This document shows positions 28,577 through 37,635 of a stretch of 64,000 nucleotides of DNA, one piece after another. The notes beneath the pieces are model-generated. The model did no database searches, was not told the DNA's origin, and was given only the letters and a program-made list of their open reading frames with translations. Each line of letters begins with the position of its first letter. The first letter of the stretch is position 1. Location of the stretch: positions 3,193 through 67,192 of the forward strand of contig JAGVZT010000001.1 of assembly GCA_018302335.1 (NCBI GenBank), in the 5' to 3' direction. Both the position numbers and the translations under genes were made by a program. This DNA is from Candidatus Woesearchaeota archaeon. GTDB taxonomy: Archaea > Nanobdellota > Nanobdellia > Woesearchaeales > JAGVZT01.

Positions 28577-31219
28577 ATGAAGGCAGCACTGCTTCTCGCC
28601 GCGTTGCTCCTGGCGGGCTACGCAGCCGCCGCTCCGGATGCATCTTGCGACCTGAAGGATTTCCCGGAGTTGTTCTCTTACGGCGAGGCCAAGAACAGGA
28701 ACCTCGCCACGGCGTTGTACTCCATCAGCGCAGCGTTCAAGGAAAAGGACGTGGCCATGACGCGGGAACTGCTCGCGGCGGTCATGGCCACCCTCGCGAA
28801 GGAAGTCGGCGGGGACGCTTTCCTGCCTGTCGAGGAGAACGGCGATTACGGCATGGGCGACAGCTGCGCCTACCGGATAGGCGGGAACTGCAGGAGTAGT
28901 CCCTATGGCGGTGGGGCGGACTACAAGGGACGAGGGTATATCCAGATAACCCACAAGGAGAACTACGCGAAGTACTGCGGTCCGGAATGCGTAGGAACGT
29001 CGGCTCCGGAGCTTGACGTCTGCGGCTGCAAGCACCAGAAGCGCTGCACCCAGACTGACGAAAGCATCTGCCCGCAGGTCATAGCCCTGCGTCCGGAGTA
29101 TGCCGGGAGAATCTTTGCCGCGTATTACCTCGGGACCAGGTCCGATGGCAGCAACCTTGTCCAGCTGGCGCAGAACAGTGAGTACCGCACGGTCGGCAAG
29201 AAGATAAACGGGGGAAGCGGCTACGCGGACGACTTCTCCGGCAAGGCAGGCGATTTCCTCCAGCTCTTCGAATCACACAGGGTGCAGACGAGGCAACTCC
29301 TGGGCTGTCTGGATGTCAGCTCTGACTATTGCACCGAGAACGGCCTTTGCGGGCCGGGAAAGGAGTGCGACCTCAGCACGCACACGTGCGAACAAAAGCA
29401 GCCGCCCACGGTCCCTGCTCCGGAAGGATGCGAGAGCGGGTATCTGTTCTCCTGCAATGACCGCGTCAGCACCGCCATCCAGAGGTACCTGCCAATCGTC
29501 TTCAGGGTCATCGTGCGGAATTGCCAGGACGGATACCTCTACGGGAGCGACCGGCGCTGCCACCCCGAATGCGGCAGCGGTACCTACTGCGGAGGCGATT
29601 CCGAGTGCTACAACGGCCAGTGCCTCTCCTGCGACTCCGGCCATGCCCTCGGGGAAGATGGCCTGTGCTATCCCGAGCGTGCGAGCACCTGCGAGGCAGG
29701 ATATCTCCTGGGTGAGGACGAACGCTGCCATCCGGAATGCGGCAGCAGGGAGTACTGCATAGGCGATGCCGTCTGCCTCGGCGGAGAATGCCTCTCCTGC
29801 GACCCGGGCTATTACCTGGGAACGGACGGGCTCTGCTATCCGTACAACGGGGGGGAAGACGATGCATGCCCCACGGGTTACGTCTATGGCGATGATGAGC
29901 TCTGCCATCCGGAGTGCGGCAGCGGGACGTACTGCGCGGACGGTGCGGTCTGCTACGACGGAGCATGCCTCTCCTGCGACGGGGGTCATTATCTCGGGAC
30001 CGATGGCCTGTGCTATCCGGACGATGGGGACGGAAGCTCCTGCCCAGTAGGCTATGTCCCCGGCGAGGACGGGCTCTGCCACCTCGAATGCGGGAGCGAG
30101 ACCTACTGCGTCGGGGGGTCCGAATGCTACAACGGAGCATGCCTCATCTGCGACCCGGGCAATTATCTCGGAACCGACGGGATGTGCTATCCGGAGAGAA
30201 CCTGCGATGACGGCTATCTCCTGGGGAACGACGACCTGTGCTATCCGGAGTGCGGCAGCGAGACCTACTGCGCAGGCGATTCTCTCTGCTTCGACGGGGA
30301 ATGCCTCTCCTGCGACGGGGGGTATTACCTAGGAACCGATGGCATGTGCTATCCCGAGGACGGCGGCGCGGGCTCCTGTGCCGCAGGCTACATTCCCGGG
30401 GACGACGGCCTGTGCCATCTGGAGTGCGGCAGCGGGACCTACTGCATCGGCGATTCCTTCTGCTACAACGGGGAGTGCCTCTCCTGCGACCCAGGGTACT
30501 ACCTCGGGAGCGACGGCAACTGCTATCCCGAAGGTGACTGCGATTACGGCTACATCCTGGGCGACGACGGCCTGTGCCACAAGGAATGCGGCATCAGCGA
30601 CACGTACTGCACCGGCGATTCCCAGTGCTTCTTCGGGCGATGCCTCTCCTGTGACCCAGGGTACTACCTCGGGACTGACGGCAGTTGCTATCCCGAAAAC
30701 GGTGGCAGCAGCTGCAACTCGGGTTATATCCTCGGCACCGACGACCTGTGCCACCGTGAGTGCGGCAGCAGCGGGACGTACTGCACGGGCGATGCGCAGT
30801 GCCTCAACGGCCGGTGCCTCTCTTGCGACTATGGGTACTACCTCGGGACCGATGGCAACTGCTATCCCGAAGGCGGCAGCAGCTGCAACTCGGGTTATAT
30901 CCTCGGCAACGATGACCTGTGCCATCCGGAATGTGGCAACAGCGGGACGTACTGTACGGGCGATTCCCAGTGCCTCAACGGCCGATGCCTGAGCTGCGAC
31001 TATGGGTACTATCTCGGGACCGATGGGAATTGCTATCCCGAAAACGGTGGCAGCAGCTGCAACTCGGGTTATATCCTTGGGAACGATGACCTGTGCCATC
31101 CGGAGTGCGGCAACAGCGGGACGTACTGCATCGGGGGCTCCATCTGCTACTACGGCCGATGCCTGAGCTGCGACCCGGGGTACTATCTCGGGACCGACGG
31201 CAATTGCTATCCGTACTAG
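28577..31219 (+). CDS. secreted GH19-like (chitinase/lysozyme family 19) domain protein with ~13 tandem cysteine-rich repeats
   Basis: Signal peptide MKAALLLAALLLAGYAAAA. GH19 signature YKGRGYIQITHKENY (compare [FY]GRGPIQ[IL][ST]xNxNY) and catalytic-Glu region ATLAKEVGGD. From about aa 300 on there are 54-58-aa repeats CHPECGSGTYCxGDSxCYNGxCLSCDxGYYLGTDGxCYPE. TATA atatttat centred about 27 bp upstream of ATG 28577. Confidence 0.8.
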   Translation: MKAALLLAALLLAGYAAAAPDASCDLKDFPELFSYGEAKNRNLATALYSISAAFKEKDVAMTRELLAAVMATLAKEVGGDAFLPVEENGDYGMGDSCAYRIGGNCRSSPYGGGADYKGRGYIQITHKENYAKYCGPECVGTSAPELDVCGCKHQKRCTQTDESICPQVIALRPEYAGRIFAAYYLGTRSDGSNLVQLAQNSEYRTVGKKINGGSGYADDFSGKAGDFLQLFESHRVQTRQLLGCLDVSSDYCTENGLCGPGKECDLSTHTCEQKQPPTVPAPEGCESGYLFSCNDRVSTAIQRYLPIVFRVIVRNCQDGYLYGSDRRCHPECGSGTYCGGDSECYNGQCLSCDSGHALGEDGLCYPERASTCEAGYLLGEDERCHPECGSREYCIGDAVCLGGECLSCDPGYYLGTDGLCYPYNGGEDDACPTGYVYGDDELCHPECGSGTYCADGAVCYDGACLSCDGGHYLGTDGLCYPDDGDGSSCPVGYVPGEDGLCHLECGSETYCVGGSECYNGACLICDPGNYLGTDGMCYPERTCDDGYLLGNDDLCYPECGSETYCAGDSLCFDGECLSCDGGYYLGTDGMCYPEDGGAGSCAAGYIPGDDGLCHLECGSGTYCIGDSFCYNGECLSCDPGYYLGSDGNCYPEGDCDYGYILGDDGLCHKECGISDTYCTGDSQCFFGRCLSCDPGYYLGTDGSCYPENGGSSCNSGYILGTDDLCHRECGSSGTYCTGDAQCLNGRCLSCDYGYYLGTDGNCYPEGGSSCNSGYILGNDDLCHPECGNSGTYCTGDSQCLNGRCLSCDYGYYLGTDGNCYPENGGSSCNSGYILGNDDLCHPECGNSGTYCIGGSICYYGRCLSCDPGYYLGTDGNCYPY
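29555..31216 (+). repeat. coding tandem repeat (~162-174 bp period, ~11-13 copies; the last three copies are nearly identical at DNA level)
   Basis: Visible as recurring tgccatccggaatgcggcagcgggacgtactgc...tgcctctcctgcgac...tgctatccc units. Copies at about 30700-30850, 30850-31000 and 31000-31150 differ by only a few bases, suggesting recent expansion or homogenisation. Confidence 0.85.
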
Positions 31220-31306
31220 GCAACCGCGCTGACGGCAACTTTCACCAGCGCAACAAACTATATAAACGCGCGACGCGCTGAGCACCCTGCGGCAGAGCCG
31301 CGAGAG

Positions 31307-33250
31307 ATGAGACTCATGAAATCCGCAGTCCTGATGATGCTCCTTGCCGCCCTCTTCGCGATGCAGCTCGCCTCCGCCGCCACGGTCATTGTCCTCAACG
31401 AGACCGAACCGCAGATCTATTCCCTGCAGAGCGTCCTGGTCTCGGGAGACCTCGGCGCGAACTCCCTGAGCGTCATCGGCGGCGGGGAAGTCCTTTCCGG
31501 CAGCCTGGTGAAGGTCTATCTCTTCGGGCCGAGCCGGGACCTGCTCATCAAGGGCCTCTCGGTGAACGGCAGGTCCCGCTCCCTCTCCTTCGACGAGCAG
31601 GGCTACTACTTCCTCGCGGAGAAGGGCGACTTCGGCTTCTCTGCGGACATGGAGATTCGCACCATCGGCCAGGTCCGCCTGCACGTGCCCGGCCCGATGA
31701 ACGAGCTCACCTTCAAGCTCCAGCACGGCTACGCCATCGATGGTGACCGCTTCGGCGTCAAGGATGAGGATGTCATCATCCAGCGCTCCGAGAAGGTTGC
31801 GATGCTCTCGAACGGCAATTTCCGCTTCTCCTACGGCCTGCGCAACGAGTTCACCTACGATATCGCGTTCAGGGCCTTCGGCAAGTCCCTGGGCAGCTAC
31901 GTCCTCCCCCTCCGCAACGGGGAGACCGTCACGTCGGTGAGCGGCGCGCTCAACTGGGACCAGCAGGGAAGCCAGCTCCTTCTCGATCTCGCGGACAGCC
32001 AGGCGGAGGTCATCGTCAGGGGCTTCTTCAGCTCAGCCTCGCTGCGGGTCCCGCTCTCCGAGGACACGCACCATGTCCTGATAGAGTCCGACCCTGAGAA
32101 GAAGCTCACGGTCTCGACGGCCGCGAAGGAGATCGACCTCCAGGAGATACCCCTCGTCCCCCAGTACGGCAACGCGCGCGCCTTCCTTGCGGACGCGAAC
32201 GACAACTTTGAGGTGAGCGTGCAGAAGCTCGGCCTCCTGCCCTCGCTCGCTGCCGCAGTCCGGAGCGCCACGAACGTCGTCGCGGTGACCCCGAAGGGCA
32301 GCATCATCGGCGAGATGATTTATAACTATGCCAACACTGGGGTCGATTACCTCGAGGTGGACACGCCGGGCCAGCCCCTGTATGCCTCGACCGCGAGCAG
32401 TCCTGTCAAGCTCACGAAGGAAGAGAAGCTCCTGCTCGCCTTCCCCAAGGACGAGTACGGCACCCTGGACCTCGTGTACTTCACGACCAGGCACTCCATC
32501 CTTCCTGTCGACCTCATCAGCGTGCCGCTCGCGAGGACCGAGCTCCCCATCACCACGATGACGACGCAGATTCACCTGCCTGGGGATGTCTTCGTCCTGG
32601 AGACTTTCGGCGCGCAGGGCGGGAGCGAGCTGCCGGACCTGTGGACGGTCGTCGTCCTGGTCGCAATCCTCGCGTTCCTCGGCTACCTGCTGGTCAACGA
32701 CAGGAGGTTCATCGCGGCGTACGTGTTGTTGGCGACGAGCCTCCTCATCCTGGACGGCCGTCTGCTGCTGCTGCTCATCGCGGGGACGATTTACCTCAAG
32801 GTGCGCGACCGCCTCTCTGCTGGCGTCCTCAAGTGGCTCCTCGCAGGTGCGGGGATTCTCCTCGTCATCGTCCTCGTTGTCGGAGGGCTGATCTCCCTCC
32901 TGGGAGGCCTCGGGGGAACTCAGTACGCTGCGAGCGGGGTGTACGAGAGCTCGGCGGACAGCGGCATCATGGCCTCAGCGCCCGCTCCATTCTTCGAGGG
33001 CATGAGGAAGATAGGCGCGGATGAGGAAGCCGCAATCACCGTGCCCACGCGCGAGGGCGTCCTCCCGGTGAAACTGGAGATTCCCGAGCTCGGCAAGCAG
33101 GTCACCGTGACAAACGACCTCGTCACCAAGGAGAACCCGGTCAGCCTGCACGTGCTCGTGGTCGCGTCCTGGCTGAAGTACCTCTTCGTGGTTGCTGCGG
33201 TGCTTGCGGGCCTCTTCTGCCGTCGCGAGTACCGCGCCCGAAACCGCTAG
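31307..33250 (+). CDS. large secreted/membrane protein (signal peptide, ~430-aa extracellular beta-rich domain, several C-terminal TM helices)
   Basis: MRLMKSAVLMMLLAALFAMQLASAATVIV signal; hydrophobic helices at about aa 440-560 and 620-640; no catalytic motif recognised. TATA ctatataaac upstream. Confidence 0.65.
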   Translation: MRLMKSAVLMMLLAALFAMQLASAATVIVLNETEPQIYSLQSVLVSGDLGANSLSVIGGGEVLSGSLVKVYLFGPSRDLLIKGLSVNGRSRSLSFDEQGYYFLAEKGDFGFSADMEIRTIGQVRLHVPGPMNELTFKLQHGYAIDGDRFGVKDEDVIIQRSEKVAMLSNGNFRFSYGLRNEFTYDIAFRAFGKSLGSYVLPLRNGETVTSVSGALNWDQQGSQLLLDLADSQAEVIVRGFFSSASLRVPLSEDTHHVLIESDPEKKLTVSTAAKEIDLQEIPLVPQYGNARAFLADANDNFEVSVQKLGLLPSLAAAVRSATNVVAVTPKGSIIGEMIYNYANTGVDYLEVDTPGQPLYASTASSPVKLTKEEKLLLAFPKDEYGTLDLVYFTTRHSILPVDLISVPLARTELPITTMTTQIHLPGDVFVLETFGAQGGSELPDLWTVVVLVAILAFLGYLLVNDRRFIAAYVLLATSLLILDGRLLLLLIAGTIYLKVRDRLSAGVLKWLLAGAGILLVIVLVVGGLISLLGGLGGTQYAASGVYESSADSGIMASAPAPFFEGMRKIGADEEAAITVPTREGVLPVKLEIPELGKQVTVTNDLVTKENPVSLHVLVVASWLKYLFVVAAVLAGLFCRREYRARNR

Positions 33251-34416
33251 ACCTGCGCGAGGAGGTGGCCGAGCTTCTCCTTCTTCGAGCGGAGATACGC
33301 CCGGTTGGTCCGCGTGGGCCGGACCTCGAGAGGAACGCGCTCAATCACGCGGATTCCCGCTTCTTCCAGAGCGGAGATTTTCGCGGGATTGTTGGTCATC
33401 AGCCGCACGGAGCGCACCCCGAGGTCGGCCAGCATCGCCGCCGCGACGCCGTAGTCACGCTCGTCCGGGCGGAAGCCGAGATGCTCATTGGCCTGCACCG
33501 TATCGAGCCCGCGGTCCTGTAGGGCGTACGCACGGAGCTTGTTCGCGAGCCCGATGCCGCGGCCCTCCTGCCGGATGTAGAGCAGCACTCCCCCCTCTTT
33601 TGCGACAGCGCGCATCGCCTGCCGGAGCTGGGGCCCGCAGTCGCAGCGCTGCGAGAGCAGCGCCTCTCCGGTGAGGCATTCCGAGTGCACGCGGACAAGC
33701 GCTCCGTCCTTGACCTCGCCGCTGACGAGCGCGAGGTGGTGGGTGTCCGCGCGGTAGAGATGCAGGTCGAAGCTGCCGAACGGCGTCGGCAGGACAGTCA
33801 GGGCCTCCCATGCGGAGCGCTTCCGGAAGGCGATGAGGTCCGCGATGGAGACTATCTTGAGCCCATGCCGATGTGAGAACTCCTCAAGCTGCGGTATGCG
33901 CATCATCCCGCCATCGTCCGCGCAGAGCTCGCAGATGACTCCCGCGGGAGAGAGGCCGGCGAGGGAGCAGAGGTCCACCGCAGCCTCGGTATGCCCTGGA
34001 CGCGAGAGCACCCCTCCCGTTTCGGCGTGCAGGGGGAAGACATGCCCTGGCCTCCGGAGGTCTCCGGGCTTGGTGTCCGGAGCGAGCAGGGCCAGGATGG
34101 TCCGCGCCCGGTCTGCTGCGGAGACCCCGCTGGCCGTCCCGTGCCGGGCGTCCACGCTGACGGTGAACTTGCACTGCTGGCTCTCGGTGTTCGCTGCGAC
34201 CATCTCCGGCAGCTCCAGCGCAGCGAGACGCTGAGCGTTCATCGGGACGCAGACCAGTCCGGAAGCATGGCGCATCATGAACGTCAGTTTCTCAGCAGAG
34301 GCGAACTGCGCTGCAAGGAGCAGGTCGCCTTCGTTCTCGCGCTCGGTGCTGTCCACCACGATGAGCATCTCTCCTCGGCGCAGCGCATCGAGCGCCTCGG
34401 GGATGGGGCAGCTCAT
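33247..34416 (-). CDS. ribBA: bifunctional 3,4-dihydroxy-2-butanone-4-phosphate synthase / GTP cyclohydrolase II
   Basis: N-terminal RibB motifs (RENEGDL, HTEAAVDL) and C-terminal RibA motifs (zinc-site CxxC, Q...LMTNNPAK). Confidence 0.9.
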   Translation of the reverse strand: MSCPIPEALDALRRGEMLIVVDSTERENEGDLLLAAQFASAEKLTFMMRHASGLVCVPMNAQRLAALELPEMVAANTESQQCKFTVSVDARHGTASGVSAADRARTILALLAPDTKPGDLRRPGHVFPLHAETGGVLSRPGHTEAAVDLCSLAGLSPAGVICELCADDGGMMRIPQLEEFSHRHGLKIVSIADLIAFRKRSAWEALTVLPTPFGSFDLHLYRADTHHLALVSGEVKDGALVRVHSECLTGEALLSQRCDCGPQLRQAMRAVAKEGGVLLYIRQEGRGIGLANKLRAYALQDRGLDTVQANEHLGFRPDERDYGVAAAMLADLGVRSVRLMTNNPAKISALEEAGIRVIERVPLEVRPTRTNRAYLRSKKEKLGHLLAQV

Positions 34417-35489
34417 GGCCGCGCCTCCACCAAGATGTCCGTTCCGCTCCTGCTGACGGAGAGCGACGTGAGGCGGAGAGCGTCCGCGAGCGCGGGAGTC
34501 TCCCCGCCGACGAGGCCCTTGGCATCGCCGCCGATGAGCAGGGGCGCGACGAAGAGCAGCACCCGGTCCACCAGGCCTTCTGCGAGCATCGCGGCGTTGA
34601 GCTCGCTGCCGCCTTCGAGGAGCACGCTTGCGATGCCTTGCTGGCCCAGCTTGCCGAGCAGGTCCTTCAGGCTCACCCTGCCGTTCACCGCATCGCAGAG
34701 CAGCACCTCCGCTCCGGCCGCAGCCAGCGCCTCTGCCCGGAGGAGCGGCGCATGCTCCGTCACCGCCACGATGGTCCTGCCGGTTTCGTGAAGCATGGAC
34801 GCATCCGGCGGAAGTCGGGCGGAGCTGTCCACCACCACGCGCACGGGACTGCGTCCTTCAGGGATGCGGCAGGTCAGTCTTGGATTGTCACGGAGGGCGG
34901 TCCCGATGCCCACCATCACGGCATCGTGCTGGTCCCGCAGGCGGTGGGCTGCCTCGCGGCTCTCCTCGCAGGATATCCAGCGGGACTCTCCGTGCGCGGC
35001 CGTGAGCTTGCCGTCGAGCGAGGTCGCTGCCTTCATGGTGACGAACGGCATCGCGGTGGTGACGTGCTTGGCGAAGAAGCGGATGATATCCCGGCACCGT
35101 TCCTCGAGGACCCCGGTGGTGACCTCGATGCCTGCGGCGCGCAATGCCGCGGCTCCCCTGCCGCTCACCTTCGGGTTGGGGTCGGTGCAGCCGAAGACCA
35201 CCTGCGAGATTCCCGCGCGGATGATGGCCTCGGTGCACGGTCCGGTCCGTCCGGTGTGGCAGCAGGGCTCCAGGGTGCAGAAAAGAGTCGCTCCTTGGAC
35301 ATCGTTGCCGCGCGAGGCCGCGTCGGCAATCGCCTCGACCTCGGCGTGCGGCAGTCCCGCCTTGCAGTGGAAGCCTTCACCGATGACCCTGCCATCGCGG
35401 ACCAGCACCGCCCCGACCGGAGGATTCGGCGAGGTCCGGCCGAGTCCGCGCTCCGCGAGGGCCAGCGCCAGCTCCATGAACTCGCTCAT
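34413..35489 (-). CDS. ribD: riboflavin biosynthesis deaminase/reductase
   Basis: 359 aa from MSEFMELALALAE; CMP/dCMP-deaminase zinc motif HAEVEAI...LEPCCHTGRTGPC and a C-terminal RibD reductase domain. The N-terminal 99 track codons are out-of-context junk; ATGA overlap with ribH. Confidence 0.85.
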   Translation of the reverse strand: MSEFMELALALAERGLGRTSPNPPVGAVLVRDGRVIGEGFHCKAGLPHAEVEAIADAASRGNDVQGATLFCTLEPCCHTGRTGPCTEAIIRAGISQVVFGCTDPNPKVSGRGAAALRAAGIEVTTGVLEERCRDIIRFFAKHVTTAMPFVTMKAATSLDGKLTAAHGESRWISCEESREAAHRLRDQHDAVMVGIGTALRDNPRLTCRIPEGRSPVRVVVDSSARLPPDASMLHETGRTIVAVTEHAPLLRAEALAAAGAEVLLCDAVNGRVSLKDLLGKLGQQGIASVLLEGGSELNAAMLAEGLVDRVLLFVAPLLIGGDAKGLVGGETPALADALRLTSLSVSRSGTDILVEARP

Positions 35490-35881
35490 TGCTTCACCAT
35501 GGCCAGCGCCGCCTCGACTCCGTGCTGGGCGTAGGGCTCCGCGCGCTTCGTCGCCTGGTCCCAGGTGACATCGGGGCCGATGATGCTCAGCGTCACCGGA
35601 GTGTCGAAGCGGAGCATCAGCTCCATCAGGGCGTTCGCCACCGACTTCGCGATGACCTCGTCGTGGGACGTCTCTCCCTTGATGATGGCTCCGAGCACGA
35701 CGACCGCGCCGACCTCTTTGCATGAGAGCATACGCTGCACGGCAAGAGGGAGCTCGAACGCGCCCGGGACATGCGCGATGACGCACTCGGCCTTCCTGCG
35801 CTTCGCCTCAGCCTGCGCTGCCGCGAGCATGAGGGAGGTGATTCCTTCGTTGAAATCCGCGACCACAATGCCAAGTTTCAT
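35486..35881 (-). CDS. ribH: 6,7-dimethyl-8-ribityllumazine synthase
   Basis: 131 aa MKLGIVVADFNEGITSLM...; lumazine synthase fold motifs. Confidence 0.85.
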   Translation of the reverse strand: MKLGIVVADFNEGITSLMLAAAQAEAKRRKAECVIAHVPGAFELPLAVQRMLSCKEVGAVVVLGAIIKGETSHDEVIAKSVANALMELMLRFDTPVTLSIIGPDVTWDQATKRAEPYAQHGVEAALAMVKQ

Positions 35882-36342
35882 GGGCGCACCTCGATTGCCC
35901 CTGCGTCCGGATAGCCCTGCCTTCGGCCCTGGCCGGCGAAGGGCGTCAGGCCCGTGCCGTCCCGCAGCAGCAGCGCGTTGAGCGCGTGCTTCCGCGCGCG
36001 GTCCAGCGCGATTTCCGCCTGGCGCCGCTCGTCCCCGGGCGCCTCGCTCTCATGGAAGAAGACCTTGAGGATGTGCTTGCCCTCCTGGACCTCGGCCATG
36101 ATGAGACCGATGTTCGCCTCGTGCGCGCAGCGCTCGTCGATATCCTTGCCTCCTACCCACCCCAGGGCGATGACCAGGTCGCAGCCCTGCTCCCGGAGGA
36201 GCCGCACCGAGGCTGCGGGAAGGTCCTTCATCCCCGGGACCGTGTAGCGGGAGAGCTCCACGGTCGCGCTGCGGAGCGCATCTATGGCCTCTGCTGCCAT
36301 GTCCACGCGCGCGAAGGTGGTGTCTGCGATGCCTATTTTCAT
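35878..36342 (-). CDS. ribC: riboflavin synthase, archaeal type (lumazine-synthase-like fold)
   Basis: 154 aa MKIGIADTTFARVDMA..., resembling the MJ1184-type archaeal riboflavin synthase; sits between ribH and rbkR. Confidence 0.7.
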   Translation of the reverse strand: MKIGIADTTFARVDMAAEAIDALRSATVELSRYTVPGMKDLPAASVRLLREQGCDLVIALGWVGGKDIDERCAHEANIGLIMAEVQEGKHILKVFFHESEAPGDERRQAEIALDRARKHALNALLLRDGTGLTPFAGQGRRQGYPDAGAIEVRP

Positions 36343-36974
36343 GGGGACACCTCCACTGTCTGGCCATCCTTCAGGTTGAGCGCCTTCCTGAGGAAGACAG
36401 GCGCGATGAGCTCAAGAGTGTCCCTCTTGTGCGCAGTCCGGTCCGGAACGAGCGCTGCGCCATGCACCCTGCGCTGGATGCTCAGGGGGTAGCAGTGCAC
36501 CGCTCCGTAGGTGCGCTGGCTGGTGGAGAACCCGTCGACGGTGACTTTCCGCAGGGGGGAGAGGAAGCGGCGAGCGTCCTCTTCGCGGACCTGGAGGTTG
36601 AGCGTCCCGGGATAGGGCGTGAAGCCCAGCGCCTTTGCGATGCGGCTGCTGTACACCTTCACGTAGAAGGCCCCTTCTCCGAGGCCGCTGGCCACCTTGC
36701 CGGCGAGGGCGGGGGTCTTCCGGTCAAGAAGCCCCTCGAGGCGGCCCTTCTCCTCGCGCAGCGTGGACCAGCCCTGCTCGGTCAGGGAGAGCTGCTGGCC
36801 CTGCGAGGCGAGCTTGCGCGCGATGAGGCCGCGCTCCTCCATCGCGCGGATGTGGCGCGAGGCGCTCTGCTGGGAGACTCCCCAGAGTATGCCCAGCTCC
36901 GCCGTCGATACCGGCTTCTGCCCGTGAGCGAGAAGCTCCGCCAGCAGGCGGAGCTCGATGTATATCCCCCCCAT
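36339..36974 (-). CDS. rbkR: RbkR: winged-HTH regulator fused to CTP-dependent riboflavin kinase
   Basis: N-terminal HTH (VSTAELGILWGVSQQSASRHIRAMEERGLI) plus C-terminal archaeal riboflavin kinase domain (GTLNLQV...PLRKVTVDGF...HGAALVPDRTAHKRDTLELIAP). First gene of the rib operon. Confidence 0.75.
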   Translation of the reverse strand: MGGIYIELRLLAELLAHGQKPVSTAELGILWGVSQQSASRHIRAMEERGLIARKLASQGQQLSLTEQGWSTLREEKGRLEGLLDRKTPALAGKVASGLGEGAFYVKVYSSRIAKALGFTPYPGTLNLQVREEDARRFLSPLRKVTVDGFSTSQRTYGAVHCYPLSIQRRVHGAALVPDRTAHKRDTLELIAPVFLRKALNLKDGQTVEVSP

Positions 36975-36990
36975 CTCCTCGCAAAAAGGA

Positions 36991-37008
36991 GTAGCTACTT
37001 AAAAATGT
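36991..37008 (-). promoter_or_regulatory. rib operon promoter: GTAGCTAC palindrome abutting a TATA box
   Basis: On the coding strand this reads aacATTTTTAAGTAGCTACtcctttttgcgagATG. The TATA is about 22-28 bp upstream of the rbkR ATG, and the perfect 8-bp palindrome GTAGCTAC (36991-36998) sits between TATA and start, a candidate autoregulatory operator. Confidence 0.45.
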
Positions 37009-37030
37009 TACGCATGGTGCAGGTCCCGAA

Positions 37031-37100
37031 GCGGCCGCATTGCAGGGAATATCCGGCATTCCTGTGAGGCCATCCGGAGCCCCTGCGGCATTCCGGCCGG
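37031..37100 (+). repeat. hairpin-forming intergenic element, copy B
   Basis: gcggccgcattgcagggaatatccggcattcctgtgagg...cctgcggcattccggccggg, between the rib promoter and the next minus-strand ORF. Confidence 0.55.
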
Positions 37101-37123
37101 GTTGTTTCACGATGGAGCGAGAA

Positions 37124-37354
37124 TCAGCGCCCGAGGATATTGGCGAGGAGAGCGACGCAGAGCAGCGCGAGGAGGAACGCGAGCATGAAATTCAGCCGCT
37201 TGTTCGGCTCTCCGTCCACCGTGCCGAGGATGCGCGTCTTCTGCAGCAGCGCGAACATGAGGGTGAAGACGATGAGGAAGGGCAACACCACATCGTAGAG
37301 GCCGATGGCGTTCAGGGTGTCCAGGATGCCGCGGATGCTGGTCGGTTCAGCCAC
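37124..37354 (-). CDS. possible small membrane protein (~76 aa, GTG start)
   Basis: The track ORF (37124-37486) would overlap tRNA-His. An internal GTG start gives a two-helix hydrophobic peptide, LPFLIVFTLMFALL and FMLAFLLALLCVALLANIL. Weak. Confidence 0.25.
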   Translation of the reverse strand: MAEPTSIRGILDTLNAIGLYDVVLPFLIVFTLMFALLQKTRILGTVDGEPNKRLNFMLAFLLALLCVALLANILGR

Positions 37355-37437
37355 GAAGGCATCATGCCGTTGGCCTTCATAAATCTTGCGTCTCGCGGCC
37401 GCGGAGAATCGTGGGGATGATGGGCCAGCTGCCGGAA

Positions 37438-37509
37438 AGCGGTAGGCGAGAATCGAACTCGCGACAAGGGATCCACAGTCCCCCATTTTACCACTAAACT
37501 ACTACCGCC
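37438..37509 (-). tRNA. tRNA-His (anticodon GUG)
   Basis: Reverse strand reads G-GCGGTAG TA GTTT AGTGGTA AAAT G GGGGA CTGTGGA TCCCT TGTC GCGAG TTCGATT CTCGC CTACCGC T. That gives a 7-bp acceptor stem, a 5-bp anticodon stem with loop CU-GUG-GA, a perfect 5-bp T-stem, and the extra 5-prime G(-1) typical of tRNA-His. Confidence 0.75.
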
Positions 37510-37635
37510 ATACCTGCCGGTGGCGCGAGAATCAGCGCCTATGAAGACAACCACCAGGCATGCACTCCGGTGATGGCCGGCCGCTTTTAAACGTTTCGCG
37601 GCAATGTTTATTAACGGCGCTGTCCAGGGGAAGGC

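Noticed and set aside
29273-31726. Minus-strand ORFs of 269 and 465 aa, and several plus-strand off-frame ORFs inside the repeat protein
   Set aside because: Created by the repetitive GC-rich coding repeats; the plus frame encoding the Cys-rich repeats with signal peptide and GH19 domain is the coherent one.
37124-37486. Track start of the 120-aa minus ORF
   Set aside because: The N-terminal 48 nt would overlap tRNA-His on the same strand. Only a shorter GTG-initiated peptide is retained, at low confidence.
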